DNA of 64,000 bases from NCBI GenBank assembly GCA_010909165.1, contig MU008176.1, forward strand, positions 550,856 to 614,855, written 5' to 3'. The notes under the pieces are model-generated. The model was not told where the DNA came from, did not search any database, and worked only from the letters and a program-made list of their open reading frames with translations. Source of the stretch: Anthoceros angustus (Eukaryota; Plantae; Anthocerotophyta). A program made the position numbers and the translations under genes. Of the stretch, positions 13,300 to 26,428 are shown one piece after another. Numbering within the stretch: position 1 is the stretch's first letter; every line of letters starts with the position of its first letter.

Positions 13300-16060
13300 T
13301 CGGCGCAGCGGTGGTGTTGAAAGCCCGAATAGTGGCTGCGGTTGTGAGCGGCCAAAAGCAGTGCGCTGGTGATGCATTGGGGTGCCAAATGCCGGTGAAA
13401 TCAGAGCAGGCGCTTTCTTGATTTGCGCAAGTTGGGGCTCTTCACTCAAGAACTCCAAGTGCCACTTTTCAAAGTGGAAGCTCACGAGCATAGGCGTTTT
13501 TATATATGGGCGGCGAGGTGGAAGACATGGAGCTCGACACACCCATGTCGGCCGGACGGAGGAGGCGCCGAAGGCATGGCGGCGGGGCACGTGGAGCCGC
13601 CGAGCGGTGGCGGCGATGAGAAATGGCCGTCACGGCGGCGGCGGGCATCGCTTCTGCCCGGCGGCGGCAGGCGAGGCGGGCGGTGGCGTGGAGGCGGCCC
13701 ACACTGGGCTGGCGCGAGGCAATGCTTGAAGACAGAGCCCCACGGCGAGCATGCCGGCGGAGGCTCGGTCAGGCTGCGATCGGTGGCGTGGCATCCGATG
13801 CGCCTTGGTGGAGCCCTCCCGCGTGCCAGGCGATCCCAACAAGCGTCGGGGAGTCTTTACCAGCCCACAAAGGCTGCGCGGATGGCCGGTTCGCCCAAAC
13901 CGGAGGCGGTGATTGCATGCGCCGAAGTCGGGCTGACATGAGGCTGAAGCGACACCGAGGCTGCAGCGTGGGGTTACTGCATGCGGCCCAGCTGCGATGG
14001 AGGAAGGGAGCGCGTGCGAGCCGCCAGGGAAGGGTGGGCCCCGCGGGAATGGCTGCGATGGAGGGTGCGCATGCGCCCGCCAATGGTTGCAGCGAATGGC
14101 TGGCCGCGATCACGAGGCCAGCAGCCTTCGAGCCTGCGGACATTCTTCGCCCTGGCAGAAGGAAAGGCCTCCCATGTGGTTGCGGCCAAGGCGGAGTGCA
14201 ACAGCGCATGCGGGGACGGAGGACCGGGCATCCCGCCTCCTTCTCGGGGCGTGCCGTGGGGGCGGGCGGAGGAGGAGGTGGGGGAGGCGGTGAGGATGGT
14301 GGGGCAAGCGGCTCCAGGCCGGGAAGGCGTGGGGGCGCTCGGTGAGTGGAGGAGAGGAGGCGCCACGGACGGCAAGGAGGCGTGGGCGGGTTGCGAGCGA
14401 AGGGGCGAGGCCGGCCGGACAACAATCGGAAGACTCAGGTAAGTGACCACGCACAATCCGTGGCGCGTGTGTTTGACAATGCTGGTGGGTTCGATTGTCA
14501 TTGTCATGCCTCGTAATCTTGGTTGCAAGTGGTGAACTTTGCCATGCACAGTACTCATATATGCAGTTGGGTTTGCGGTGTGGGAGTGGGCAGACCAGGC
14601 CCTACAGGTCATCTACGCAGCGGAACCCGTTCGCATATCTGACGTGGGCGTCGTCGAAGATCGAGCAGGCGGCGGCGAGCGGAGGAGAGCGGCAAGAGAA
14701 GAGCTGGCCGAGCTCATCGTTGAGCTCGAGGCGGCCGTGGGCACCCGGAAGAGGAAGAGGTGCGGCCGAGCGGGCGGACCTAGCGGCGGCGGCGGTGGGC
14801 CAAGATGCAAGGCGGAGTGCCGGGGCGAACCCGGTGCTTGCCGAGGCGTGAATGGGGCCTGGGTGGGGGCCCGCCCAAGGCCGCAACAAGGTGGGGCATC
14901 CGGCTCAATGGAGCTCCGAGTATGGTAGCAATGCGGCGATTTCAATCACGCCGCCAGACGGCGCCATCGGCCTCCTTCTTGAAGTGGTGGAGAAGGTGCG
15001 CAACCCGAGGTCCACCGACATGGAGGAGTGATGGAGGACTCACGGCCGGGCCGACGCGGCCGATGGGAAATGCCACCGTTCATGGAATACATGAGCGGCA
15101 ATGGCGCATCCTCCATGCCATCGGGCCAATGTGCAAGTTCTGGTGGTGGATGCCTCTCCCGCAATCGCCCCGGCCACGCCTTCCGTCGGGTCCCCTTCCC
15201 ATTTGGGGATGAACGCCTCCCCAACCTCACGGGGCGGTGCACAGCCTGCCATGTCGGTGCACCTCCCATGTCCGGTGCGGAGGACATTCGGCCCCTCCAC
15301 GGCGGGCGGCACAGGCGGCAGTCTGCAGGAGGAGCCAAGTTCGAGCACAAGAGGATGGAGGGCACCTCGAGGCTCTTCCGCATCGACCGGGCGAGGGAGG
15401 TGTTTTGTTGTGGCGCTCCACCATGAGGTGTGGAGCGCATATGTTCGGATGTTTTTGGTTGAACGGCAACATGCGGCATTCGGCAGTGTCGTAGGGCTGG
15501 AAGTGGATTTGTAGGACGATACATTGCCCTGCTTGATGAGGTTGAGGAGGGGATAGTGAAGCATGTTGTTCAGATCTAATTGCATTACCGGTTTCCTTCG
15601 CAGCGTGTTCGGTTTGAAAGGTGAAGTTACGATCATCTTCGTCCAAGTCGTCCCATCCAATCCAACAAGCAGCATGTTAGTAGGCAAGCACACCGAACGT
15701 AGGGATCGCCCACATCCGCATATATAGTGAAAGCGGCATGTGTAAGCGGATTTCGGATTTCGTGACGCGGGCCATACCGCGAACAAAAGTTCATAGTGTA
15801 TGTGTTGCCCGCCATGTTTGTGTAGACCCGATGAAAACCCTAACACCGCCATCAAAAAACATGTGACACCATGGAACACCAGCCGAGGAACGTGTGATAG
15901 AATGTTTTTCCCGCAAGAACCCCGTGAAGTGATGTGGCACGTATTATACGTGTATTATACGTAAGTATCGAAAAGATTCCGTGGCATATCCTCGTAGCGT
16001 ACACCGAAAAAAAAGAAAGTCACACACACACTCCCGTGTGACGAGATCGGTATTCCATAG
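13300..16060 (+). mobile_element. Degenerate GC-rich ORF region ending in a TIR-like terminus related to the MITE at 35867-36329
   Basis: GTGACGAGATCGGTATTCCATAG (16038-16060) matches the MITE right end GGGACGGAGAACGGTATTCCATAG. No left TIR found by eye. Confidence 0.35.
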
Positions 16061-16096
16061 GTAAGCGTTTGTGTAGGACCGATAAATTTATCAAAG

Positions 16097-16206
16097 TTCT
16101 CAACCATCGCTCCATACCATTCGAGTTCTCACTCTCTCTCCATACCATTCAACTTCTCACTAATCGCTCCATACCATTCAAGTCCTCATTCATCATCGCT
16201 CCATAC
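16097..16206. repeat. ~30-bp tandem repeat, ~4 copies
   Basis: (ATCG)CTCCATACCATTC[G/A]A.TTCTCA repeated. Confidence 0.75.
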
Positions 16207-16883
16207 GCTCTCTATCAAGCGGAATAAAAAGGTGGCCCACTTGCATCCGTGGTACTTCCTTACCTTTCTATAATGGGTGGTGCACCAAGATATTAACTGC
16301 TTAAAGTTTTACAAATAAAAGTCCTTAAGAGGCCTTTAAAGAAGAAAACGCGTCATGGATCAAGTCTTCAAATTCCACTTTTGCATCCTCCATCAAATGG
16401 CTCCAGAGTTAAAGTGCTTCTTCTCTGGTCAAGACGGCCTTTGGTTGGCCCAATTGGACGTTGGGGCCTCTTCACTTCGTTGTGCCGGCCAGGGGAATGT
16501 TCAAGAAAACAGCCCGATTCACGCCATTCTGCATTGCTACTGGAGACTTGAGCTCATCATCCAGGCGACTTGGGGAGGAAATTTACTCTTGTCGGCGACA
16601 ACGCAGGCCGGTCCTCTACCTCAAGCCGTTGCATGGCCTTCATCGTAGTTCCTCTTTGCTGGTGGTGCACAAGGGACCAGTGAGTTCATGAACTCTACCC
16701 TCTTCCCTACCATGGAGCTTGACAAGTTCAGTCCATTTGGGGCCCCTCTCCTGGACCTTGGGGTGGGGTGCCCCACCCGGGTTCCGCCTCCTGGATGCTT
16801 GCTAGTGTTGCTGCCCCGGCGAGTCGGTGAGCTCCTCCGGCTAATCCGCAGCCCATTCCCGTTCAGCAGGCGCACGACTGCAC

Positions 16884-17237
16884 TTGGATGAGGCGGGGGT
16901 TGCCACGGCCCTCACCCCCCAGACCTTGGAGCTACGGCTCTGGGTGGTGGAGGAAAGAAATGGGATTCTCCAGGGTCGGATTGCGGACCACGAGCGGGAG
17001 GTAGAGAGACTCCAACTCTACTTGAGGGTGGAGGAGAATCATCAGCGAAGCAAGGAATTAGACATTGCGGAGCTTCAGAAGGAGCTCGCCGATGCCAACC
17101 GCTTAATTGAACTCCTGGGCCGACTGGAGAGGGAGATGGAAGTCCTGAGCCAGAAGGTGATGGACCAGCAGCAATGGAGAAACGAAGAGCAGAAGTTGTT
17201 GGTCCGTCTGAAGATCAAGGAGAATCCCGAGTATTGA
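16884..17237 (+). CDS. Coiled-coil ORF, probably a retrotransposon accessory ORF
   Basis: E/L/R-rich heptad pattern (EREVERLQLYLRVEE...IAELQKELADANRLIELL). Intronless, next to LTR-like sequence. Confidence 0.35.
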   Translation: MDEAGVATALTPQTLELRLWVVEERNGILQGRIADHEREVERLQLYLRVEENHQRSKELDIAELQKELADANRLIELLGRLEREMEVLSQKVMDQQQWRNEEQKLLVRLKIKENPEY

Positions 17238-17507
17238 CGGCCGCTGGTCGCCCACGGAGGAACAGAAATGAAGGGCCAATGAGAAGCGGCAACTTCAGGA
17301 GTTGGCGGAAGCTTCTTTAATGGCTTCTAGAGATGCGGCAAGGGCCCGGCTAGAGTGCCCGGGGATGGAGCAACCAGGTGGCCGAAAGCATGCTCGACAC
17401 TAGAGAACCTCTCGAGGCGGGAATAGTTCGGGACCCATGTGGAGGAGGCCATTCAGCAGGTCGACTCGGACCACGTTACCACGCGTGTGAGCTCCCAAGG
17501 CAGGTCC

Positions 17508-17682
17508 AGAGGGTCCGGACTGAGGCGAGGGCGGACCTAGAGGTCCGGACTCCGGAGGCGAGGACGAACCCAGAGGTCTGGACTCCAGAGGTGAGGACGG
17601 ACCCAGAGGTTCAAACTCCGGAGGTGAGGACGGACCGAGAGGTCTGGACTCCGGAGATGAGGATGGACCCAGAAGTCCGACC
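17508..17682 (+). repeat. 33-bp tandem repeat (~5 copies) encoding EVRTPEVRTDP-like units
   Basis: Units start at 17539, 17572, 17605, 17638 and 17671. Confidence 0.85.
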
Positions 17683-17687
17683 TCCAA

Positions 17688-18253
17688 TGTTAGGGGCGAA
17701 CTTGGTCGGGGGTCAAGCCCGACCAGTCCAAGACGAACGGACCTCAGACGAACTCGAGGGTGGGGGACCCACTTTGGCACCAGGGGACAGCGACGAGGAG
17801 GATTTGATAGTGACAACCATTGTCAGCCCACCTCCAGTGGCACAGCCTGACTAGATTAGAGGAAGGGGTAGGTCCTCTGCGGGGCTCCGGGGGTCAAGAA
17901 TAATCCGATTGGGCGCCCCTCAGGTGCTAGAGCTAGGGATTGGGTTGCCAAGGTCAGGAGTCAACCAGTGCACAATAACCTCACCATGTAATATATAGGC
18001 ATGCGAGGGGACTGTGCCACCACACGCATGAAATGAATGGGCAAAGAAGACCAATTTAGGAATGTAATAAAGACACTACCTCGGAACATAGTATAAGAGG
18101 GGGTTTGCCGTACCAGTAAGGAGATTTTTCTTTTGGGGTTGATGCCGTGTTATACCTATAGGCTCCTGTGAGTCCACCGCTAATCTGGGGAGTCCCCGCC
18201 ATCGAAGTGAACTACTCGAGAGAATTATCCAGTTCGTGACCGGACCCCTAACG
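17688..18253 (+). mobile_element. LTR-like segment
   Basis: Starts TGTTAGGGG and ends CCCCTAAC(G); internal AATAAA and TATAAGAGGGGG; followed by TGGTGG. No second LTR, gag or pol recognised. Confidence 0.3.
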
Positions 18254-20989
18254 CGTGGTGGTGAGTGCGGTGTGGCGGACCGCCTTCCAAGGCAAGGCCC
18301 CGTACGTAACAAACCGGCGGGCATGAAGGCGATCACCAAGGAGGGCGTAGAGTTCGGATCGACGGACGTGGTCATGAACGAAGGTGCTGCAACCCACTCA
18401 CCGGAACATGTCCTTAAACGTTCGGCCATACCGTGCTTGTATGGTAATATGATGGTGAGACATAAAGTAAGGTGCGCGGTTGTTGCCAGGTGAGTGATAC
18501 GGGCGCTGAGGGTGTAGAGGGCGTGCCCGGCCCGCTGTGGATTGGGCGCCTGGCCTCGGTGGTTCCTCCGTCCCTACGCCGGGTACCCAGTGCTAAGAGT
18601 CCGCCCAGAGTCCGGCAAGAAGACGCGAGAGGTGAATTGTGTTCATCCGCAGTTGTAGACTGCTGGAAGGTTGCCGATCGCAGAAGAAGAAGGGTAAGTT
18701 AGGCGATCCGAGTAGGAAACCGCAAGCGGACGGAAAGGTCATTCCCTTGAGACCGGACCCCATACCACAACGACATGGGATCTGCTGGTGGCCGGGTCGC
18801 CGTAAAGTAGTTCCTTAACTGCATGTTCCCAACTCAACTCCTTCACCACCGCGACAAGCTACCGCAGCCGCATGCCGCATGGATTCCCCGAGAACGAGCC
18901 CCAGAGGGCACGCAACGCTGCATGAGCAAGCCAAGCCATTCACACGAGTTCACGATTAGAGGCGGGCTGCCTCCCCGCTTGCGCCTCCCAAGCCCGCCTG
19001 CCTCTACCACCTCCCCACGCGCCCATGCCCTGCCCTGCCCATCATCTTGTCCCCTGTCGCCCCGTCCCCCGCCCATCTCGAGCCGATCCGCCTCCCGATT
19101 CTCGCCTCCCGCCCCGCCATTAGATCGCCCTACCTTCCGCCTCACGCTTTCTTCAGATCGCCTTCCGCCTCCTCAAGCGCGTTTTAGATCCGCCTGGCTT
19201 CCACTCCATGTTTGTCTTTGGCTTTCGTTTGTTTGAAACGGCCCGCGCTCAGTTCATATTCCCTGTGTACGGTTCTGAAATTAAGCATGGTTTATATCAC
19301 AAGCTCGTTGTGGTGCGGGTGCGCATACTTGGGTTGTTCCGGCGAAGTCCTTGCCAAAATACGGCAGTGACGGCCCTATACGGACCGCTATATGGTGTTG
19401 TGTACGGTGTATGCCATGATGAGGAAGAAATCGGGATGGGTGGGGCATGGCATGGCATGTCACGCGGGATTCTATACGTGTGAATCATTAATGGCTTCGG
19501 AGATTGAGACGCAGGCATAAATGTGTGAAGCCATGAGACACAAACCCCAGAAGTATGTGATTTGCTTTCAACTGGGTATCCGAGTTGTTCAAACGGAAGC
19601 CAAAGCGAGAACTAGCGTCGCCCCTTTCACGCGAAGGAAGGCGATGAAGCAGTATCTATCAAATCATTCGGATAACTCAAACTATTATTTATATTTTTCA
19701 TATTTTAAAATCTATAATTTGGATTATTCTGGGTGTGTAAGGCGGATTTGAATTATGAAGGCAATAATTAATCCAGCTAGATTATGCAATGATAGAAAAT
19801 GAACACAAATAGGATCTACATAATACAGGGTAAACGCAACCAGTATCGCAAAATGTAGGGTGAACATAACCGGAATCTACATAACATGAGGTAAACATAA
19901 TTAGAATCAGCGTATTGCATCATTTGAGAAGTTATCATAAACTTGCTCCAAGGACCCGTGGCCGAAGCAATAGAATGGCGAGTGCTCATGGAGTTTGAGG
20001 ATCACCCGGTACCAGGTCACCGCCGAAAGCGATGGAAACATCGAAAAGGCTAAGAAGAAGAAGAGAGTGTTATTTACCATATAAGGTCATAAGATAGATC
20101 TATGAGAGTGATCTAGGTGAATTGCCGCCGTTCACTGCAACATGTATTTTGACCAGGAGTTTTGGCACATCCTAAGACCTCCCAAAGTCCATGTTCCCAC
20201 ATAAAAATATCATTATCTTCGTACTTTTTCCAGAGTGCACACACAAGTTTGCGTAGGGCCTTACAGCATACGCGCATTTGTGCGCGCCGTTCTCTTGAAT
20301 ACAAAATCACGTAGAACCACATAAAATTGAGGAACCACAGACATGCGGAAATGATAGAACAAAGATGGCACTGACCCTTCATCACGCCTACAAAATCGCA
20401 ATGAACACATATAGAAGTGGCGAGCTGTGTGTAAATGATCTGACATGAAGTGGCCCCGCAATGGTAAATGCAATAAACCGATGGATGTACACCCTCCAAA
20501 ACCAATTAAAACATCAGAAAATTGAGTTTTTGGCGGATAACGGTTGGGATTTTAACCAAAACCCCTTTTAGCAGGAGAAACCCAGACGCTGTTGATTTAA
20601 AAACTTTCGAACAACTAAGGGGACTGCATGCATCAAGGCACTAATTCACCCACAGGCTGCTTAACCATAGAGTTCTCATCTCAGCTAGCATATGTAAAGC
20701 TCTGCTATGGGGGGTACACATACTAACGGTGTACACATTGATTGATACTGAGTTTATTACTAATTGTAGGTCTCTCCCTGTGGAAACTAACGTGCCCTAT
20801 GAAAATGAGAACCTAAAGTCACATAGAGCGCCTTGAATGAACTTGAGACTAGGACATACGAGGAGAATCTTCATGACGTTGATGGAAAACCATCTACGAG
20901 GTGCATAGTTTTTTGCAACAAAAAATAATCAAATTAATAAGAAAGCACAAAAATAAGAGTCTTGCATGGAGACTAGAGACTATCAATGC

Positions 20990-21766
20990 TTATACCAAGT
21001 TGGAGTCAGAGACCATGGGGGTATGACAGAGCCTAGCCAAGCGACGACAAAGGAACTTTGAAAGCTTGGACAAGGGCCGCCCAACCAAGGAAAAGGCAAC
21101 CTTTTTGTGAATCTTCAATGAGACTTTGGTGGCCAAGAAGCCAGTGATGTGTTGCATAATGGACTCAGCCTGCACTAAAGGTGCATAGTGTATTCCATCA
21201 TACAAAACATTTAGAGGCATAGACCATTCATTCACATCAATATCTTTTTCCTCCATAGTATTATCGTCATTTTCAATACCACCATTCAAGCCCTCTTTGC
21301 TACCATACTCTTGTATTATAATTAGCTTATTTGTTGAAGACTTTGCCCATATGCGAATATGTCTTTGTAACCCAACACTTAACCATTGGGTGGCAAGTGC
21401 ATCTCCCCATAAGCCAATTTCATTTCCGAACGTTTCGTTATTGGCATCTTTCTCATCCTGATTTGCACTAGATATGACCTGCGTAATACCTTTTTTTGCT
21501 GCAGATAACCTCATTTTGCGAATATAAGTGGCCACATCACTTACATCATGAGCTTCTTGTAAAATTTCTGGAATATATTGTTCTATATTATCAAGAGCAA
21601 TAGGGTCTTGCATTTGAACCCTCGTTTTAAACTCGTCCATCGCCAATTCTCTCAACCTTAAAGATGAGATTTTTCCTTGTAACAAATAGGATATTGCATC
21701 AAACAAGCAATCTCCAATATTATACACAAAATCCTTAGGCACGACAAGTGTTTTGATCCCAACCAT
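20990..21766 (-). CDS. Intronless OTU-family cysteine protease (deubiquitinase-like)
   Basis: GDCLFDAISYLL (Cys codon 21707-21709), WGDALATQWLS and LNVLYDGIHYAPL (His codon 21188-21190) match the OTU Cys, Trp-Gly and His motifs. Confidence 0.75.
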   Translation of the reverse strand: MVGIKTLVVPKDFVYNIGDCLFDAISYLLQGKISSLRLRELAMDEFKTRVQMQDPIALDNIEQYIPEILQEAHDVSDVATYIRKMRLSAAKKGITQVISSANQDEKDANNETFGNEIGLWGDALATQWLSVGLQRHIRIWAKSSTNKLIIIQEYGSKEGLNGGIENDDNTMEEKDIDVNEWSMPLNVLYDGIHYAPLVQAESIMQHITGFLATKVSLKIHKKVAFSLVGRPLSKLSKFLCRRLARLCHTPMVSDSNLV

Positions 21767-22886
21767 TATGGCGTCTTACTTAACACCCTATGCACATGCT
21801 AGCTTGTGAATACGAAAGGATGTGTAAATGTTAACCTTAAAAAAATGTGCAGTAGGTAGTTACGGGAAAGGCATTCGAGGGGACTAGGACTTCCCCTTTT
21901 ACTATTAGTCCTTTTTGGGTTCTTCCTCCTCGGACTTTAAGGGTAGATGGAATTCTCCATCTCCCCTATTAATAACGTCTACCCTTCTCTAAAAAATGTG
22001 CAAACTATGTCACATATATAGTACTTGAAGGGCAAAAACATTAAGTGGATTCCCTTAACAATTTAAAAGGGCTTGATATTAAATCAAAGATATGAATTGA
22101 ATATTTAAATATATATAATATTTATACTTTGTGATGTTATGTAATCACAAGACCTTGTATATGAGGAGACATATTAGTCCTTAATTTCATGTCCCCAGAA
22201 TGCCAAGACCACAATTAGGTTTGTGACAAATCATTCCTCATGAGAGCATACCTCACTCTCGTGATCCGGTCCCTAGTATTCTTCACTTGCCGTCGAACAT
22301 TCCGTGTAATGCCTTGTCCACAGCCAGAGCCTTCTCATGGTGGAGATATACCCTCTCCTTCCCCTTGAGCTTGGAGGGCCTGAGCCACCCTCAACCGTGC
22401 TTCATTCCCATACGATGACACCATGCTTAGCGGCGTTTGCAAGGTCTGCGCTCGGAGAGCGCTTCAAATGTTCGGGAACGAGTGTCAAATTGTGAAAGTC
22501 CAAGTATCGAAAGTCAAGTGTCAGGGTTGCAAGCCGAACCATGCCCTAACATATTGGACCCGCGGGCTGGGATATAAGCGAACGCGTGCTGCCATTTTCT
22601 TCCCTTTAGAGACACATGGTCTCTTAAGTCCTTTTCCACATATTTTGTCCCCATTAAATTGACGTTGTAGTCAATATGTATAAATATATTATGCTTTAAA
22701 AAATAAAAATTACCTATATATTCAACACTTAAAAAACGGGTCTCCCTGAAAATTTTGTGTGTTTTCAATACATATACAAAGCAAAACAAATTTCAAATTT
22801 ATCCCATGCCAATCTTGAAGACGGGTTTTGGTTGTTTCAACCATTGGTGGTCAATTAACCTTGGTTCCGAAATCAATAACTTACTA

Positions 22887-25800
22887 CCGTACCCCGAGGG
22901 GTGATTCGGCGTTAATTAATTAGAATTAGTAAAAGTTAAAAATCTAAAAACTATTGTGCTTAAAATGCCGAATGTATAAATATTTAAGAGTGTAAAATGC
23001 CGAAACAGAAAAGGCAACCTCGCGGGCACGAGGCGACAGGCCTCATGTGAGGCTACGAGCGGGGAGCCCGTGGAGCCAGGTCATGCAGTGTGCCTCGGAG
23101 CTCAGGTAGGCGGTCTGACTCGAGGCGGTGAGCTCATGCCTCATGGCGCCAGCCGAAAGTTTCCGCGCGCCTTTTATCGAAAGTTTGTCATGTGCACCTT
23201 TTCTCGCGAGGTAAAAGTTCTGAGGCTGCGCCTCTCGCGTCGCAAAGTTTGCAGCGCCTTTTCTCGCGAGGTTGAGCTGACCTCGAGGCAGAGCACCTGC
23301 TGACCTCAAGGCTACACGCTGAAGGCACGAGGTCACTAACAACTAAGGTCAGGGTGCGGTCATTGAGGGCTCACCATGGAGTCGGAAGATGAGCAGGACG
23401 TAGCACTTTGGAGTCGCATCCGCTGTGCTTCTGGGTCGCCAGCAGGATCTGAGTGATACAGAGAGAGCTCAGAGCGATGGCGAGAGGGAGAAAGTTGCTC
23501 GGTGGAGGGCAATCGCAATGGTGCAACAATTTTTGAAGTAGGTGGTGCTTATTTGGACTTCAGAGTCAGTTTTCCATGAAGAGAGGACATGAGGTGTTTT
23601 GATTGATTGTGGAACTTTGTTGTTGCAGTTTGAGAGCAATGCAAGATTTGTGAAATGGTCGATGGTAGCCGTTGCTTAAACAAGTTCTTGATATAGCGAT
23701 AGGATTCCATTCATGATCAATCTCATATTTTCCTTCGGCATCCTAAGGTCTGTGTTTCTCACGTTAATGCAGTGCATATATGGTGCGTTTGTATCGAGTG
23801 AGCATTTGATCAGTATATTATCTACTCAGAAATCCAATTGTGTTATTGCAAGGAATCCTACAGTACAAGGTCGTTTACACTCCCATTCACCGTGAGTGGG
23901 ATGCAGAATTGTCCCTTAACTATCTGGAGGTTGCACTTGATGAGGTAGGTACTCATCTTGTTTTAGGAGGCAATTTTTCTTTCAGGTCTCTAGCAAGGGA
24001 TGGTCCTCTTCTTGGGTAGCTAGGGTTAGTTCCCTACCTAGGTTGCTAAGGTTTCCCTAGTTAGGGTTAGCTCCTTAACTAAAAGTCAGGGTCAAGTCCC
24101 TAGGAACCCTAGTTAGTCTCATTGCTATGGCTATCTACCAGGTTTTCATTATTGTTCCAAAGATCCTGTAGATGTTTATTCTTCCTGACTAACTGTTTCA
24201 TTCTAGCTTTGTTTTTGCTGCAGGTTGATGCTTGTCCACTTGTTGAAGCTTCTGCTGTAGCCAAACATTTCTTCATCACATTTACTATTTCAGATAAATA
24301 GTCCTCATCATCTCCTTCTCCTTCAAATTCATGCCCTTCTTCTATGTCTTCAGTTGTTATAGAAAATAAGGATGTTGTCGTGTTTGCTTCCATTGCCCCA
24401 TCTGAAAATCTGAGTTGAATGCTCTTAAAATACCTGTCTTGTCCCATCCATGTTTGATCATATCTTGCATATTTGAAACATGTGTCCATGCATTGAATAA
24501 CCATTCACACATTTTGGGCTTGAAGTTTTTCAGTTTGAGATTAACAGCAATTTTTCCTCCTTCGTTGAGTTGCTCTTCAATAGTAGCGGCTGTCCACTTA
24601 CAGAATTCTCGCTTGAAAGCATGCTTCAAGGGTCAAGGACTACATCAAGAGTTGCAACTTGCTAGTACATCTAGGAATGAAGATCACACATATCAAAGGG
24701 TAAGTCCTTTTCATCCGCCGAGAATTCCTTGCTTTTGTGAACACTCCAAATCTATAATCCATATCATCTTTTGCCTTGTGGCTAGCCTTAAGACATCCGT
24801 TGCCTTTCATAGTAAGGGATCAAGATTTCCTTCACAAATGCCTTGATGACTCTAGTGTAGACCAATGAGTACTAGTATATGTTAAATGAAATCTTGCTTC
24901 TACACATAGCTTGGCACCACCATGACCTTTGGGTACCGACCTACTTGTTGTTCATGTGAAGATGATTTGGAGCGGTAGTAAGTGACCTGCAGATGATGAA
25001 GATACCATTACGGTAATTTGCCTCTTGTCCTCTACCCCAAGCACCTTGATGTCTTTTGTCCCTTTAACCTCCCATGTGCGTTCTCCCTTTGTAGGAACCA
25101 AGTGGATTCCAGTTTGATCACTATTGATAACAAGTTCAGGTGGAATATCATAAGCTCTGGAGAGGTAAGCTACTCTATATGCCATCATTCTTCCTTCATC
25201 TTCCCAAGTCTCCGGGAGCTTAGAAGCTGCAGTAGTAGATGCTCGATAGAACCATGAGAGTTCTCTTTTCATGAACTTCCTTGTCCAATCAATGCTAACC
25301 TCGAAAGTTCCGCTTCCAATGAGTGTGCCCTAGCTTTAATAATGCCCCTCAGCATGGGTTGGACAAGAGGGGCATTGATTGGTTCCCCCTCATCCCTCAA
25401 GGTTCTCAAGAAATCACCAAGCTCCTTTCTCAAATCAGGTCTATCTTCCAAAGGTCCAATGTTGATAGTTGGCCCGATGCTGCAGACTTTTTACTAACTG
25501 CAAGCTTATACGCAGGCTTCAACTCCCATGTCTTCGAGTCAAACCAAGTGTATAAGGATCCACGCGTCAACTTGGAATATGGATTGTCCATCCCCGGCTT
25601 TCCATGGGCAGCCTTAAGGTAATGCAATGCTGCTGCAAAATTCCTATGCTTCCTAACACTTGCTTCTATAAGAGACCATAAATGGTCTTGAAACCAGTTA
25701 GTATAAGGACCTCTTCGCTTTTGTGCGACGCTCCCGACATCCTCATCCTCTTGCTTGATCCTCTTCATTGGTAGAAGAACTGCTTCACATGTTGTCTTCG

Positions 25801-26334
25801 AGGTCTTCCAATTGGTCGCTTCATAGGTCTCACCTAAACTTTTCATGTGAAGTCCCTACTCTTGTAGAAAGCAAGTGCACATCTCAATTTCAAAGATCCC
25901 TCTCTCTCTCAATCTTACGAAACATGGTTGTTAGACGAGATTGTTTATTTGTTGCCATGTTTGGCAAGCAAAGCAGCCACTTTCCCAAACAAGAAAGACA
26001 CAATAAAATTAGGTTGACCTTGGTTTGAAAAGCTAGGGCTTTTTAGAAACTAAGGCTTGTTTAAAACTAGGGCCTGTTTGAAAAGCTAGAGGTGAGGGTG
26101 TTTGGGAAACTAGGTTACCTATGTGTGGAAAATTAGGGCTTGTTTAGGGAGGTCTACACATCTCTATTAGTTGTATATAGATACCTATGTATTTTAATAA
26201 ATGTTGAAATTTGATAAAATTATTTTTTATAAATGTTGAAATTTTGAAAAATATAAATATGTATGTTGAACCTTATATTTTTCAAAAAATAATTATTTCG
26301 GCATTACCCTGTTGAACCACCCCTCGGGGTACGG
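22887..26334 (-). mobile_element. Complete pogo-like (Tc1/mariner superfamily) DNA transposon, 3448 bp
   Basis: 21-bp TIRs CCGTACCCCGAGGGGTGATTC (22887-22907) and GAACCACCCCTCGGGGTACGG (26314-26334), 1 mismatch. TA duplicated on both sides. Confidence 0.9.
24109..25846 (-). pseudogene. pogo/Tigger-type DDE_1 transposase, frameshifted
   Basis: LVINSDQTG, KRQITV, LPLQIIF and KHAFKREF...WDKTGILRAF in successive frames; stop after LQIIFT. Confidence 0.85.
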
Positions 26335-26428
26335 TAATAAGGAGACTTATTCGCTAGAATAAATAAATAACGAGGAGTAAGTATGCGTTTTCTTTTGATC
26401 CTTATGATCACCAATAAAAACGAGAAGA

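Noticed and set aside
1-16060. The many overlapping GC-rich ORFs (e.g. 618-2015, 7365-8423) as intact genes
   Set aside because: Pro/Arg/Gly-rich translations overlap in several frames, which is typical of high-GC, frameshifted DNA.
23990-24115. Interstitial telomeric repeat
   Set aside because: Only scattered TAGGGTTAG-like words inside the pogo element; no TTTAGGG run.
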